A stretch of DNA of 38,875 bases from NCBI GenBank assembly GCA_041752895.1, contig JBGSVS010000541.1, positions 1-38,875 on the forward strand. Reading direction: 5' to 3'. Under the pieces are notes generated by a model, which did not search any database, was not told where the DNA came from, and saw nothing but the letters and a program-made list of their open reading frames with translations. This document shows, in pieces, positions 9,322 through 18,461 of this stretch. The DNA comes from Tabrizicola sp. (GTDB lineage Bacteria; Pseudomonadota; Alphaproteobacteria; Rhodobacterales; Rhodobacteraceae). Numbering within the stretch: position 1 is the first letter of the stretch; each line of letters begins with the position of its first letter. Position numbers and translations under genes: made by a program.

Positions 9322-10401
9322 ATGATGCCGGACGTCCGCTTCCAGAAGATTATCAAGCAATACGGCGCGCTGTACGTGCTGGAAGACCTTGACCTTGATG
9401 TCCACGATGGAGAGTTCCTTGTGCTCCTCGGCCCCTCCGGCTGCGGCAAGACCACGCTTCTAAACCTGCTTGCGGGCCTGCAAGAGGTCTCGTCCGGCCG
9501 CATCCTGATCGGTGACCGCGATGTCACAGACCTTGACCCCCGCGACCGGGGCCTTGCCATGGTCTTCCAAAGCTATGCGCTTTACCCGACAAAGACTGTC
9601 GACGGAAACCTGCGATTTGGCCTTGCCTCCCAGCGCCTGCCGCAGGCCGAGATCGACCGTCGCGTCGGCTGGGCTGCGAAGATGCTACAGATCGAGCCTC
9701 TTATGGCCCGCAAGCCCGCGCAACTCTCTGGAGGCCAGCGCCAGCGCGTCGCCATCGGCCGGGCGCTGGTAAAACAGGCCGGGGTCCTGCTGTTCGACGA
9801 ACCGCTCTCGAACCTCGACGCCAAGCTTCGCACCGAAATGCGGTTGGAGATCAAGAAGCTTCATATCGAGCTGGGCCAGACCATAATCTACGTCACCCAC
9901 GACCAGATCGAGGCGATGACCATGGCCACCCGCATCGCGGTGATGGACAAGGGCGTCATCCAGCAGATTGGCTCCCCGGATGAGATCTATGAGACCCCGG
10001 CGAACCTTTTCGTCGCCCAGTTCATCGGCGCTCCGGCGATCAACATCTTCAGCGCCACGCTGACCGCCAAGGGCATCAGCACCGGCGGGATCGAGGCTGA
10101 CCTTTCCGGCTATCCCTTCATGGCAGCCCCTACCGAGGGGCAGGGCGTTACCATCGGCCTTCGCCCCGAACATTTTCGCATCGGCGAAGGCGGGGGCGCA
10201 GTCCGCCTGACCCTACCCGTGCGCCACACCGAACGCACGGGCAGTGACGCCACCGCGTTCCTCGACAACGGCGGCCAGCTTGTCGCCGTCCGTATCGACC
10301 CTAGCATGATCGCCCGCTTGAATCCCGGCGACACCGTTACAGCTACCTATCCGGCAGAAAAGATAAACCTCTTCGACGCGAGGAGCGGACGAAGACTTTA
10401 A
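9322..10401 (+). CDS. Carbohydrate ABC transporter ATP-binding protein (MalK/UgpC-like)
   Basis: GPSGCGKTT, LSGGQRQR, DEPLSNLDAKLR, YVTHDQ. Confidence 0.96.
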   Translation: MMPDVRFQKIIKQYGALYVLEDLDLDVHDGEFLVLLGPSGCGKTTLLNLLAGLQEVSSGRILIGDRDVTDLDPRDRGLAMVFQSYALYPTKTVDGNLRFGLASQRLPQAEIDRRVGWAAKMLQIEPLMARKPAQLSGGQRQRVAIGRALVKQAGVLLFDEPLSNLDAKLRTEMRLEIKKLHIELGQTIIYVTHDQIEAMTMATRIAVMDKGVIQQIGSPDEIYETPANLFVAQFIGAPAINIFSATLTAKGISTGGIEADLSGYPFMAAPTEGQGVTIGLRPEHFRIGEGGGAVRLTLPVRHTERTGSDATAFLDNGGQLVAVRIDPSMIARLNPGDTVTATYPAEKINLFDARSGRRL

Positions 10402-10424
10402 AGAAACCCAGGGAGGAGACACTG

Positions 10425-11669
10425 ATGAACCGCACGACACCGGGCCTTGTTCTGACTATCGCCCTCACCACCACCACGCTTGCCCAGGCCGAAGAGCTGA
10501 CGCTCTTCCACACCTGGTCCAACGAAAGCGAGATGGCCGCGCTGAACACCATCATCGACAAGTTCAAAGAGACGACTGGCAATACCGTGGTCGCGGCCTC
10601 GGTCCCGCATGAGACCGCCGGCGAAAGCCCGCTCGTCAGCCTTTTCGTGGCGAACACCCCGCCGAACCTTTTCATCGCGGCGGATTCCGGCTTTTTCCGC
10701 GATCTGAAAAGCCAGGGCAAAAGCTACGACGCGCGCGCGCTTTTCGACCGGATCGGCGCGACCAGCGCTTTTCCCGAAACCGTACTGCAAGCGATCACCA
10801 TTGACGGCGAGATCCTGAAAATCCCGACCGCCGTCCATATTGACGGGATGATCTACTATAACAAGAAGGTCGCCGAAGCCGCAGGCATTGATCCCGAGAG
10901 ATGGGCCTCGATGGAGGACATGTGGGCCGATCAGGCCAAAGTCGAGGCGGCAGGCCAGACCTTCATCGCTATCGGCGGCAACACCTTCCAGGCCGGTTAT
11001 ACCTTCCACCCGCTTCTCGCCGCCGTTGCGGGGCCTGACGTCTACAACCGCTTCTACGCCGGTACGCCTGACGTCACGGTGTTCGACGACCCGAAACTGC
11101 GTGAGACGATCGAGGTCTTCCGCCGCATTTCCGCCCAGACCGACGAGGGTTGGGTCAACCGGGCGTGGAACGATACGACCAACACCGTCATCGCGGGCAC
11201 GGCGCTGATGCAGATCCACGGTGACTGGATGAAGGGCCAGTGGCGCGCGAACGGAAAGGAGGTCGGCACCGACTTCGGCTGCATCAACCTTCCAGGCACG
11301 CAGGCACTTTCCGTGACCGTTGACTCATTTGGCATTCTCGGTGGCGTCGACGGCGCGGTCCTGAAGGCCGAGGAGGACTTTGCCGCCACTGTGGTCGATC
11401 CGGCCGTGAACGCGGCTTTCGCAGTGCACAAAGGCTCCAGCCCGGTGCGGCTGGACGTGCCGACCGAAAATCTGGACGCCTGCAACAATCTGGTGCTGGA
11501 CTCACTGAAGAAGCCCGGCTTCAGCGTCCAGAACCCGTTCTACATTGCCGATGGCGACTGGATCAACTCGGTCTGGAACACGATGTTCACCTTCCAGGGC
11601 GATCCGGACATGACCACCGATGAGGTGATCGAGATGCTGAAATCCGAACACGCCGCGATCTTTGGCTAA
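10425..11669 (+). CDS. Carbohydrate ABC transporter substrate-binding protein (glucose-binding GtsA-like)
   Basis: Signal peptide (LAQA); QIHGDWMKG motif; SD GGAGGAG; operon context. Confidence 0.9.
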   Translation: MNRTTPGLVLTIALTTTTLAQAEELTLFHTWSNESEMAALNTIIDKFKETTGNTVVAASVPHETAGESPLVSLFVANTPPNLFIAADSGFFRDLKSQGKSYDARALFDRIGATSAFPETVLQAITIDGEILKIPTAVHIDGMIYYNKKVAEAAGIDPERWASMEDMWADQAKVEAAGQTFIAIGGNTFQAGYTFHPLLAAVAGPDVYNRFYAGTPDVTVFDDPKLRETIEVFRRISAQTDEGWVNRAWNDTTNTVIAGTALMQIHGDWMKGQWRANGKEVGTDFGCINLPGTQALSVTVDSFGILGGVDGAVLKAEEDFAATVVDPAVNAAFAVHKGSSPVRLDVPTENLDACNNLVLDSLKKPGFSVQNPFYIADGDWINSVWNTMFTFQGDPDMTTDEVIEMLKSEHAAIFG

Positions 11670-11676
11670 GCCCCCC

Positions 11677-11700
11677 GGCGCTGCCTTCGCGGGCAGCGCC
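11677..11700 (+). terminator. Hairpin after the SBP gene
   Basis: GGCGCTGCC-TTCGCG-GGCAGCGCC, perfect 9-bp stem, no U tract. Confidence 0.55.
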
Positions 11701-11721
11701 CCTTCAGCAAGGACAATCATC

Positions 11722-12186
11722 ATGGGCATTTTCCGTGGCCTCGGACACTTGGCCTTCAAGGTCAACGATCTTGAAAAATCCGTCGCCTTCTACAACGCCA
11801 TCGGCTTCCCCGAGGTCTTGCGGCTACAAAAGCCCGACGGCAAGACCTGGATTGTCTATCACCAGATTGGCGACGACCTTTTCCTTGAACTTTTCCCCGG
11901 CGGTGACGGCAACCCCGTGCCCGGGCCGGATGTCACCGGCGTCAATCATCTGAGCCTGACCGTCGCCGATATCGACAAGGCCGAGAAAGACCTCGCCGCC
12001 ATCGGCATCCCTCTCATGCACCCGCGCAACAATGCCCGGGGGATCGACGGCAACCGCGGCATGTGGATCGCCGACCCCGACGGCCACCGGATCGAGATCA
12101 TGGAAATGGCCCCCGACTGCATCCAGTACCGGGCCGTCGCGAACCACCACGCGGGCGGCAAGCCCCATGTCCTTACCCTTGGCTGA
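11722..12186 (+). CDS. VOC family protein (glyoxalase I-like), copy 1
   Basis: GHLAFKVNDLEKSVAFY, FLELF, NHLSL and DPDGHRIEI motifs; SD AAGGA. Confidence 0.9.
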   Translation: MGIFRGLGHLAFKVNDLEKSVAFYNAIGFPEVLRLQKPDGKTWIVYHQIGDDLFLELFPGGDGNPVPGPDVTGVNHLSLTVADIDKAEKDLAAIGIPLMHPRNNARGIDGNRGMWIADPDGHRIEIMEMAPDCIQYRAVANHHAGGKPHVLTLG

Positions 12187-12198
12187 CAGGAGCCCCCA

Positions 12199-12645
12199 AT
12201 GATGACCGGCATCAACGCAATCGCCCACGTCGCGCTAAAGGTGAAGGACCTTGACCGCTCGATGGATTTCTATGTGAACAAGCTCGGCTTCAAGGAGATG
12301 ATGCGCCTGCCAAAACCCGACGGCAGCCCCGGCGTCTGGCTGGTCTACTTGCGCATCACCGACACCCAGTATCTAGAGCTTTTCCCTGATGGTCAGGGCG
12401 ACCGCGCCCCTGGCCGCGATGCCACCGCGATCAACCACATCTGCCTTGGCGTGTCGGACATCGATGTGACGCTGGCGCATCTGGAAAAGGTTGGTATCCC
12501 GCTGACCCAAGGCAAGAAGATGCAGATGGACAAGAACTGGCAAGCCTGGATCGAAGACCCGGACGGCAACCGGCTGGAGCTGATGCAGATGGCGGACGAC
12601 AGCCTGCAGTTCGCGGCGATCAGGGCCATGGGCGGGAAGGTCTGA
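12199..12645 (+). CDS. VOC family protein (glyoxalase I-like), copy 2
   Basis: AHVALKVKDLDRSMDFY, YLELF, NHICL and DPDGNRLEL motifs; SD AGGAG. Confidence 0.9.
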   Translation: MMTGINAIAHVALKVKDLDRSMDFYVNKLGFKEMMRLPKPDGSPGVWLVYLRITDTQYLELFPDGQGDRAPGRDATAINHICLGVSDIDVTLAHLEKVGIPLTQGKKMQMDKNWQAWIEDPDGNRLELMQMADDSLQFAAIRAMGGKV

Positions 12646-12651
12646 AGTAGC

Positions 12652-12688
12652 GTCGTGATCCACCGCGCGGTGCGCCGTGGATCACGAC
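12652..12688. terminator. Strong hairpin between convergent genes (probable bidirectional terminator)
   Basis: GTCGTGATCCAC...GTGGATCACGAC, 12-bp perfect inverted repeat. Confidence 0.7.
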
Positions 12689-12698
12689 AGTGCCTGTT

Positions 12699-13499
12699 TC
12701 AGTCGTCCCAGACTGGAGATTTCGGCGGGTTGATCACCCGCAGCCCCCGTTCCAGCGTGCGGATCTGCGCGATTTCATCTGAGTCAAGCCGGACACCCGA
12801 CGCGGCGAAGTTCGCCCGCAGATGCGCCTCGCTGGACGAGGCCGGGATGACGATATGCCCGTCGGCCATCAGGAATGCCAGTGACACTGCCGAAGCGGTG
12901 ACACCGTGCCGCTCGGCGATGGCGTTCAGGGCTGCATCCTTGCTGACGCGACCTTGAGCAAGCGGTTGGTAGGCCGTGAGTTGAAGGCCGATCAGTTGGG
13001 CATGGGCGCACAGTAGCCGGGATTGCATGTAGGGGTGAATCTCCACCTGATTGGTCGCGATCGCGCCCTTGCCAAGCAGTGTCTCGGTACGGTCGAGATG
13101 GGCGATGGTAAAGTTCGAGACGCCGATCAGCCGAGTGTGGCCAAGGCGCTGCGCCTCGGCCAGCGCTTCGATGTAGTGCTCCAGCGGCACCTCGTTGCCG
13201 AAGCTCGGCCAGTGGATGAGCAAGAGATCGACCTGATCGACTCCGATGGTCTTCAGACTGGCCTCGACACTTGGCAGGAACTGGCCGAGTGCGAGGCAGT
13301 TGTCTGCGACCTTGGTTGTCACGAAGAACGCGTCCCGGGGCAGGCCGGAACGGCGCATCGCCTCTCCGACATTCGCCTCGGTATTGTAGGTCTGCGCGGT
13401 GTCGAGGTGGCGATAGCCGATCTCGATTGCGGTCAGCATCGCGCGGGTGCCGTCTTCGCCGGTACGACCGTAGGTGCCAAGGCCAAACTGCGGGATCAT
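12699..13499 (-). CDS. dkgB: Aldo/keto reductase, DkgB-like (2,5-diketo-D-gluconate / methylglyoxal reductase)
   Basis: FGLGT, DTAQTY, TTK, LIHWP, GVSNF, ATNQVE; end-to-end resemblance to E. coli DkgB as recalled. Confidence 0.85.
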   Translation of the reverse strand: MIPQFGLGTYGRTGEDGTRAMLTAIEIGYRHLDTAQTYNTEANVGEAMRRSGLPRDAFFVTTKVADNCLALGQFLPSVEASLKTIGVDQVDLLLIHWPSFGNEVPLEHYIEALAEAQRLGHTRLIGVSNFTIAHLDRTETLLGKGAIATNQVEIHPYMQSRLLCAHAQLIGLQLTAYQPLAQGRVSKDAALNAIAERHGVTASAVSLAFLMADGHIVIPASSSEAHLRANFAASGVRLDSDEIAQIRTLERGLRVINPPKSPVWDD

Positions 13500-13592
13500 G
13501 TCGCTATCCTTTCATGGCGCCAGCGGTCAGCCCGCAGACCGACCCAGTGCCCGGCGATCTTCAAGACCGCTCTACGGCGCGACCTTCGGGTT

Positions 13593-13629
13593 AATCCAGA
13601 TATGAACTTTTCCAGTTCAGATTTGCATG
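13593..13629. promoter_or_regulatory. Putative IclR autoregulatory operator pair
   Basis: AATCCA-GATA-TGAACT (13593-13608) and AGTTCA-GATT-TGCATG (13614-13629), 21 bp apart, matching the 7505 palindrome. Confidence 0.6.
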
Positions 13630-13659
13630 TTACCGTCCCTTGCAGCAAGGGGAAAGTCT

Positions 13660-14442
13660 ATGGCGGAGAAATCGGGCGCAGCGGTGTCGAAACACACGAT
13701 ACCGGTGATCGACCGCATGATGGAAGTGCTTGGCGCGCTGGAACGGCACGCCGGGGGTCTTACGATCCGCGAACTGACCGAGATGCTGACGCAGTCGCGC
13801 ACGACGATCTACCGCATCCTCAACACGCTTCAGGCGCACGAGGTCGTTCGCCGCAGCGAAGATGGCGCCTATCACCTTGGCCGACGCATCCTGTCTCTGG
13901 CGGCCCATACGTCGACGCGGTTCAGCGAGGCCAATCTGGTCGCCACCAGCCAGCCACACCTTGACCGGCTTGCCGCCGAACTTGGCGAGGGCGTCAAGTT
14001 GAGCGTGATCGACCGCGACGAAGTCATGGTGCTGGCGGCAGCGCAGGGACGGCGTGAATATGCGCTTACCGTGGCCGCCGGCCAGCGTATGCCGCTGCAC
14101 TCTGGTGCGGCGGGCAAGATGCTTCTCGCGCATCAGACAAAGGCAACCATCGACGCGTTTCTTGCCGCACCACTTCCCGCCTACACCGCGCGCACGATCA
14201 CGGATGCGCAGAAGCTGCGGGCCGAGCTTTCCCGCATCCGCCGCACGGCCTGCGCCGAGGATCAGGGCGAAGCGGGCCCAAGCATTCATGCCTTCGCTGC
14301 CCCGGTCCTGTCGAGCGACGGTTCACTGGCAGCAGCGCTGAGTGTGCCGTTCCTGGCAGGTGCAAGTTCTGCGCGCGAAGATGACATCCGCTCGGCCGTG
14401 ATCCGGACGGCGCGCGCGATCTCTGACGCGCTGAAGGGCTGA
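13660..14442 (+). CDS. IclR family transcriptional regulator
   Basis: N-terminal HTH (SRTTIYRILNTL...YHLG), effector domain MPLHSGAAGK and AAPV; SD AAGGGG. Confidence 0.93.
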   Translation: MAEKSGAAVSKHTIPVIDRMMEVLGALERHAGGLTIRELTEMLTQSRTTIYRILNTLQAHEVVRRSEDGAYHLGRRILSLAAHTSTRFSEANLVATSQPHLDRLAAELGEGVKLSVIDRDEVMVLAAAQGRREYALTVAAGQRMPLHSGAAGKMLLAHQTKATIDAFLAAPLPAYTARTITDAQKLRAELSRIRRTACAEDQGEAGPSIHAFAAPVLSSDGSLAAALSVPFLAGASSAREDDIRSAVIRTARAISDALKG

Positions 14443-14526
14443 GTTCCTTCAGGGGTGCGTCAGAATAGTCTGGCTGGGGGCGGAAGGTCGACGTAAGTCG
14501 TTGGGGGCGTCTTCGCGGCTGAGCCC

Positions 14527-15261
14527 CTAGCTTCGGCTCTTGCGCCAAGCCTCATATTCGCCCTGCGCATCGGGGTGGAGGGGATAGTAGCGCTGCAACG
14601 ACTCGCCCTGCATCAGCTTCATTCGGGAAAACTCTTCCCATTCGGCGTGCTTTTGACCGTCTTCGATAACCTTTTCTGCCATGGAGACCGGCACCACCAC
14701 CGCACCGTCGTCATCGGCCACGATGATGTCACCCGGCATGACAGTGACGCCCCCGCAGGCGATGGGGACATTGACGGCATTGGGGTAGATGTCGGTCTGC
14801 ACATGGTAATTCGGCGACCAGCCTTTCAGCCACAGCGCCAGGTCCAGCTTGTCCACATTGGGGCGGTCCCGCATCACGCCGTCGATGATGATCCCTGCCC
14901 CGCCACGCCCCTTGAAGTAGGTAGACATCATGTCGCCGAAGATGCCCGAGCGCATGTCGCCCCGCGCATCGACCACGACCACATCGCCCTCTTGCACATG
15001 ATAGAGGACATGGCGGTGGAGCTGCGTTTCAGGGTCGGCATATTCGCCTTCATTGAAGAGGTCCGGGCGCTGCGGCAGGCACTGCAGGGTAAGGGCCGGT
15101 CCGCAGATCGACTTCCCGCGTGTCTGCGGCAGGATGCCGGTCATGTGAGGGTTGCGAAAGCCCAGATGGCCCAGCGTCCCCGCGATGGTCGCAGCGCCCA
15201 GGTTGCGCAACCCTTCGATCAAGTGCTTGGCGGGCCGTTGGATATCTGCGGTCTTGATCAT
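14527..15261 (-). CDS. RraA-like / HMG-CHA aldolase family protein
   Basis: GPALTL, GDVVVVDARG, GIFGD, DGVMRD, PGDIIVADDDG. Confidence 0.88.
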   Translation of the reverse strand: MIKTADIQRPAKHLIEGLRNLGAATIAGTLGHLGFRNPHMTGILPQTRGKSICGPALTLQCLPQRPDLFNEGEYADPETQLHRHVLYHVQEGDVVVVDARGDMRSGIFGDMMSTYFKGRGGAGIIIDGVMRDRPNVDKLDLALWLKGWSPNYHVQTDIYPNAVNVPIACGGVTVMPGDIIVADDDGAVVVPVSMAEKVIEDGQKHAEWEEFSRMKLMQGESLQRYYPLHPDAQGEYEAWRKSRS

Positions 15262-15287
15262 CGTGCGTCCTTTACTTTTGGGCCAGC

Positions 15288-16448
15288 TTACCAGTTCGTC
15301 ACCGAACCATCGGTGCGGCGCAGATGCGGTGCTTCCCAGAATTCGAAGCTTTGCCGGGCGAGCAGGTCTTCATTGACTTCGACCCCAAGGCCCGGCGCGT
15401 CGCTGACAGGGTAGACCGCCCCCTGAAGCCGGGGTTGCACCGGGAAGAAATCGCTGTTGTCAAACCCCAGCGCCGCTTCCGGGGCCCGGGTTTCCAGCCA
15501 GGCAAAGTTCGGTACGGCGGCAGCCATGTGAATTGTCGCAGCCGTGCAGACAGGGCCAAGCGGGTTGTGCGGCATGAGATCGACGTAGTGGGCTTCGGAC
15601 CAGCCCGCAACTTTCATCGCCTCGGTCAGGCCACCGACATTGCAGACGTCGATCCGGTTGAACTGATGGATGCCGCGCTCGATATAGGGCAGGAACTGCC
15701 ACTTGCTGGCAAACTCTTCGCCGATGGCAAAGGGGATGTCGGTCATGGTCCGCAGGGCTTCATAGGCCTCCGGGGTCTCATCGCGGATGGGTTCTTCCAG
15801 GAAGTCCAGCACACCGCGGTCCAGCTTGTTGCAGAAGCTGGCAGCTTCGGCCACCGAAAGGCGGTGGTGATAGTCGATGCCCAGAACGACGGCGCTGCCC
15901 AGGTCCGCGCGTGCCCTAGTCAGGAGGCGGGCCGTTGCGGCGATGGACTGGCGCGGCTCGAACACGTCGCGGGAATCCTGACCGATGGGAAAGAAACGGA
16001 TGGCATCGAAACCCATTGCCATCAGTTCTTGGGCGCGTTCGATCGCACCTTCGCCCGCGCTGTCCCCGGTCGAGGCAAAAGTGGGAATAACGTGGCGCTG
16101 CTTGCCGCCCAGAAGCTCATAAACCGGCACCCCAAGCGCCTTGCCCTTGATGTCGTGCAGTGCGATGTCGATGGCGCTGATGGCGGCCTGCAGGACGCGA
16201 CCGCCTTCGAAGTACTGGCTGCGGTATAGCTCTTGCCAGATGCGGCCGATCTGCATCGCGTCCTGGCCCAGCAGGAACTGCTCGAAATGGGCAATGGCGC
16301 CGGTCACGGCCTTTTCGCGGCCCGTCAATCCGCTTTCGCCCCAGCCGAAAATCCCCTGATCCGTCTCGACCTTCAGAAGCATTTGATTGCGAATGCCCAC
16401 CTTGACCGGAAAGGGCTTCAGCGCGGTGATGTTCAAGCGGATCGGCAT
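15288..16448 (-). CDS. Enolase superfamily (MR/MLE) acid-sugar dehydratase, ManD/RspA-like
   Basis: AISAIDIALHDIKGKALGVPVYELLGG; metal ligands in DYHHR, EEP and GEE; RID and PHNP. Confidence 0.9.
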   Translation of the reverse strand: MPIRLNITALKPFPVKVGIRNQMLLKVETDQGIFGWGESGLTGREKAVTGAIAHFEQFLLGQDAMQIGRIWQELYRSQYFEGGRVLQAAISAIDIALHDIKGKALGVPVYELLGGKQRHVIPTFASTGDSAGEGAIERAQELMAMGFDAIRFFPIGQDSRDVFEPRQSIAATARLLTRARADLGSAVVLGIDYHHRLSVAEAASFCNKLDRGVLDFLEEPIRDETPEAYEALRTMTDIPFAIGEEFASKWQFLPYIERGIHQFNRIDVCNVGGLTEAMKVAGWSEAHYVDLMPHNPLGPVCTAATIHMAAAVPNFAWLETRAPEAALGFDNSDFFPVQPRLQGAVYPVSDAPGLGVEVNEDLLARQSFEFWEAPHLRRTDGSVTNW

Positions 16449-16469
16449 GATCGGGGCGCTGGCTCCTGT

Positions 16470-17570
16470 TCAGTCGGCCTGCAGGGCTATTTCCGTTTCG
16501 CCGTCGAAAAGGTGAATGCGGTCCTGGTCGAAGTCCAGCCAGACCTGTTCGTCGGGGGCGACTTCGACCGACGGCGGCAGGCTGATATTGACGACGGCCC
16601 CGGCGAGGAATGCCTGAACAAAGGTGATGTCGCCGGTGGGCTCAACCGTATAGACCTTGGCCGGCACAGCGCCCGGGACGGCAGTCTTGTGCAGCCGGAT
16701 CGTCGAATGCCGCGCGCCGAGCACCACCTTGTTTGACGCGGCTTTGGCCACTTTGCGCGCGTTGAAATCGGAGAGAGGCAGGGTCCAGCCTTCGGCCCGG
16801 CTGGTGAGGGCGGCTGCGCCGTCAACGCTCGTCATCTCCAGTGGAACAAGGCTCATCGCCGGGCTGCCAATGAAGCTGGCCACGAACATGTTGACAGGAT
16901 TGGCAAAAACCTTCGCAGGCGTGTCGTATTGCTGCAGGATGCCGCCGTCCATCACCGCCATCTTGTCGGCCATCGTCACGGCTTCCAGCTGGTCGTGAGT
17001 GACATAGATTATCGTGGCATTCAGGTCTTGATGGAACCGCTTGATCTCGGACCGCATCTGCACGCGGAGTTTGGCATCAAGGTTCGACAACGGCTCGTCC
17101 ATCAGGAACACCGCCGGATCGCGCACCAGGGCGCGGCCAAGCGCCACGCGCTGCTGCTGACCGCCGGACAATTCGCGTGGCTTGCGGTCCAGAAGGTGGG
17201 TGATGTCCAACACCTTGGCGGCTTCCCGCACCTTGCGGTCAATCTCGGACTGGGGAAGCTTTCGCATCTGCAGCGGGAAGGCCAGGTTCTTGAACACGCT
17301 CTTGTTGGGGTAAAGCGCATAGTTCTGAAACACCATCGCGATATCGCGGTCCTTCGGGTCCAGATCGTTCACGATGCGATTGGCGATGATGATGTCCCCG
17401 CCGCTCATCGGCAAGAGCCCGGCAATCAGGTTCAGTGTCGTGGTCTTTCCGCAGCCCGATGGGCCGACGAGGGCCACGAACTCACCATGCTGGACGGTCA
17501 GGCTGACATCGTTGACAGCGCGCATCGTGCCATAGGTCTTCATGACGTTTCGAAGGACGACTTCAGCCAT
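16470..17570 (-). CDS. Carbohydrate ABC transporter ATP-binding protein (MalK/UgpC-like)
   Basis: GPSGCGKTT, LSGGQQQR, DEPLSNLDAKLR. Confidence 0.96.
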   Translation of the reverse strand: MAEVVLRNVMKTYGTMRAVNDVSLTVQHGEFVALVGPSGCGKTTTLNLIAGLLPMSGGDIIIANRIVNDLDPKDRDIAMVFQNYALYPNKSVFKNLAFPLQMRKLPQSEIDRKVREAAKVLDITHLLDRKPRELSGGQQQRVALGRALVRDPAVFLMDEPLSNLDAKLRVQMRSEIKRFHQDLNATIIYVTHDQLEAVTMADKMAVMDGGILQQYDTPAKVFANPVNMFVASFIGSPAMSLVPLEMTSVDGAAALTSRAEGWTLPLSDFNARKVAKAASNKVVLGARHSTIRLHKTAVPGAVPAKVYTVEPTGDITFVQAFLAGAVVNISLPPSVEVAPDEQVWLDFDQDRIHLFDGETEIALQAD

Positions 17571-17582
17571 CAGCGGATGCTC

Positions 17583-18461
17583 CTAGTGTTTGACGGCGCC
17601 TTCGGTCAGTGCGCGGACGAAATACTTCTGCAGGACAAGGAACAGGACGACGACCGGAACGTTCATCAGGAAGCTTGCGGCCATGAGACCCGGAAAGTCG
17701 GTGGTGTTTTCCGAAAAGAACCTCTGGATGCCGACGGGTAGGGTCAGCTGTTCGTTCTTCGTCAGGAAGGTGGCGGCGTAGATGTATTCGTTCCAGGCGC
17801 CGATGAAGGAATAGATCGCCGTCGCGATGATGCCGGGCACCGACAGGGGCGTCACGATCAAGAGGAAGGCCTGAAACCGCGTCGCCCCGTCGATCCGGGC
17901 GGCTTGCTCCAACTGGATCGGGATGTTGTCGTAGAACCCCTTCAGAAGCCAGATCGCCAACGGCAAGCCGAAAGTCAGATAGGTCAGGATCAGGGAGCCG
18001 TGCGTGTTCACCAGCCCCAGCATCCGCATCAGGATGAAAAGCGGCACCAGGAAGATCACGGCCGGAAACATGTTGCGCAAGAGGACCGAGAAGAACAGAA
18101 AGCGGCGGCCCGGAAAGCTGAAACGCGAGAAGGCATAGGCCGCCGGAACCGCAACGAGGACGGCCAGCACCGTGGTGCAAACCGACACGATCAGGCTGTT
18201 CCAGAAGAAGCGCAGGAAATCCTGCCCGACGCTGTTCTGCGGGTCCAAGAGCTTTTCATAGCTGGCCAGAGTGGGTTCATCGGGCCACCACTGCGGCGGA
18301 AACTGCATTGCGGCAAAGCCCGACTTTATCGAGGTCAGAAGCATCCAGACCATGGGCAGCGCGGTATAGATCAGCATCAGGGCCAGAAACGCCCGGCCTC
18401 CCCAGCGCCAGCCATCAATGCTTTTGCGGCTGCGAGGGCGATCCAGTTCTTCCTCAGTCAT
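17583..18461 (-). CDS. Carbohydrate ABC transporter permease (MalG-like)
   Basis: EQAARIDGA loop, AWNEY, LTEGAVK. Confidence 0.93.
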   Translation of the reverse strand: MTEEELDRPRSRKSIDGWRWGGRAFLALMLIYTALPMVWMLLTSIKSGFAAMQFPPQWWPDEPTLASYEKLLDPQNSVGQDFLRFFWNSLIVSVCTTVLAVLVAVPAAYAFSRFSFPGRRFLFFSVLLRNMFPAVIFLVPLFILMRMLGLVNTHGSLILTYLTFGLPLAIWLLKGFYDNIPIQLEQAARIDGATRFQAFLLIVTPLSVPGIIATAIYSFIGAWNEYIYAATFLTKNEQLTLPVGIQRFFSENTTDFPGLMAASFLMNVPVVVLFLVLQKYFVRALTEGAVKH

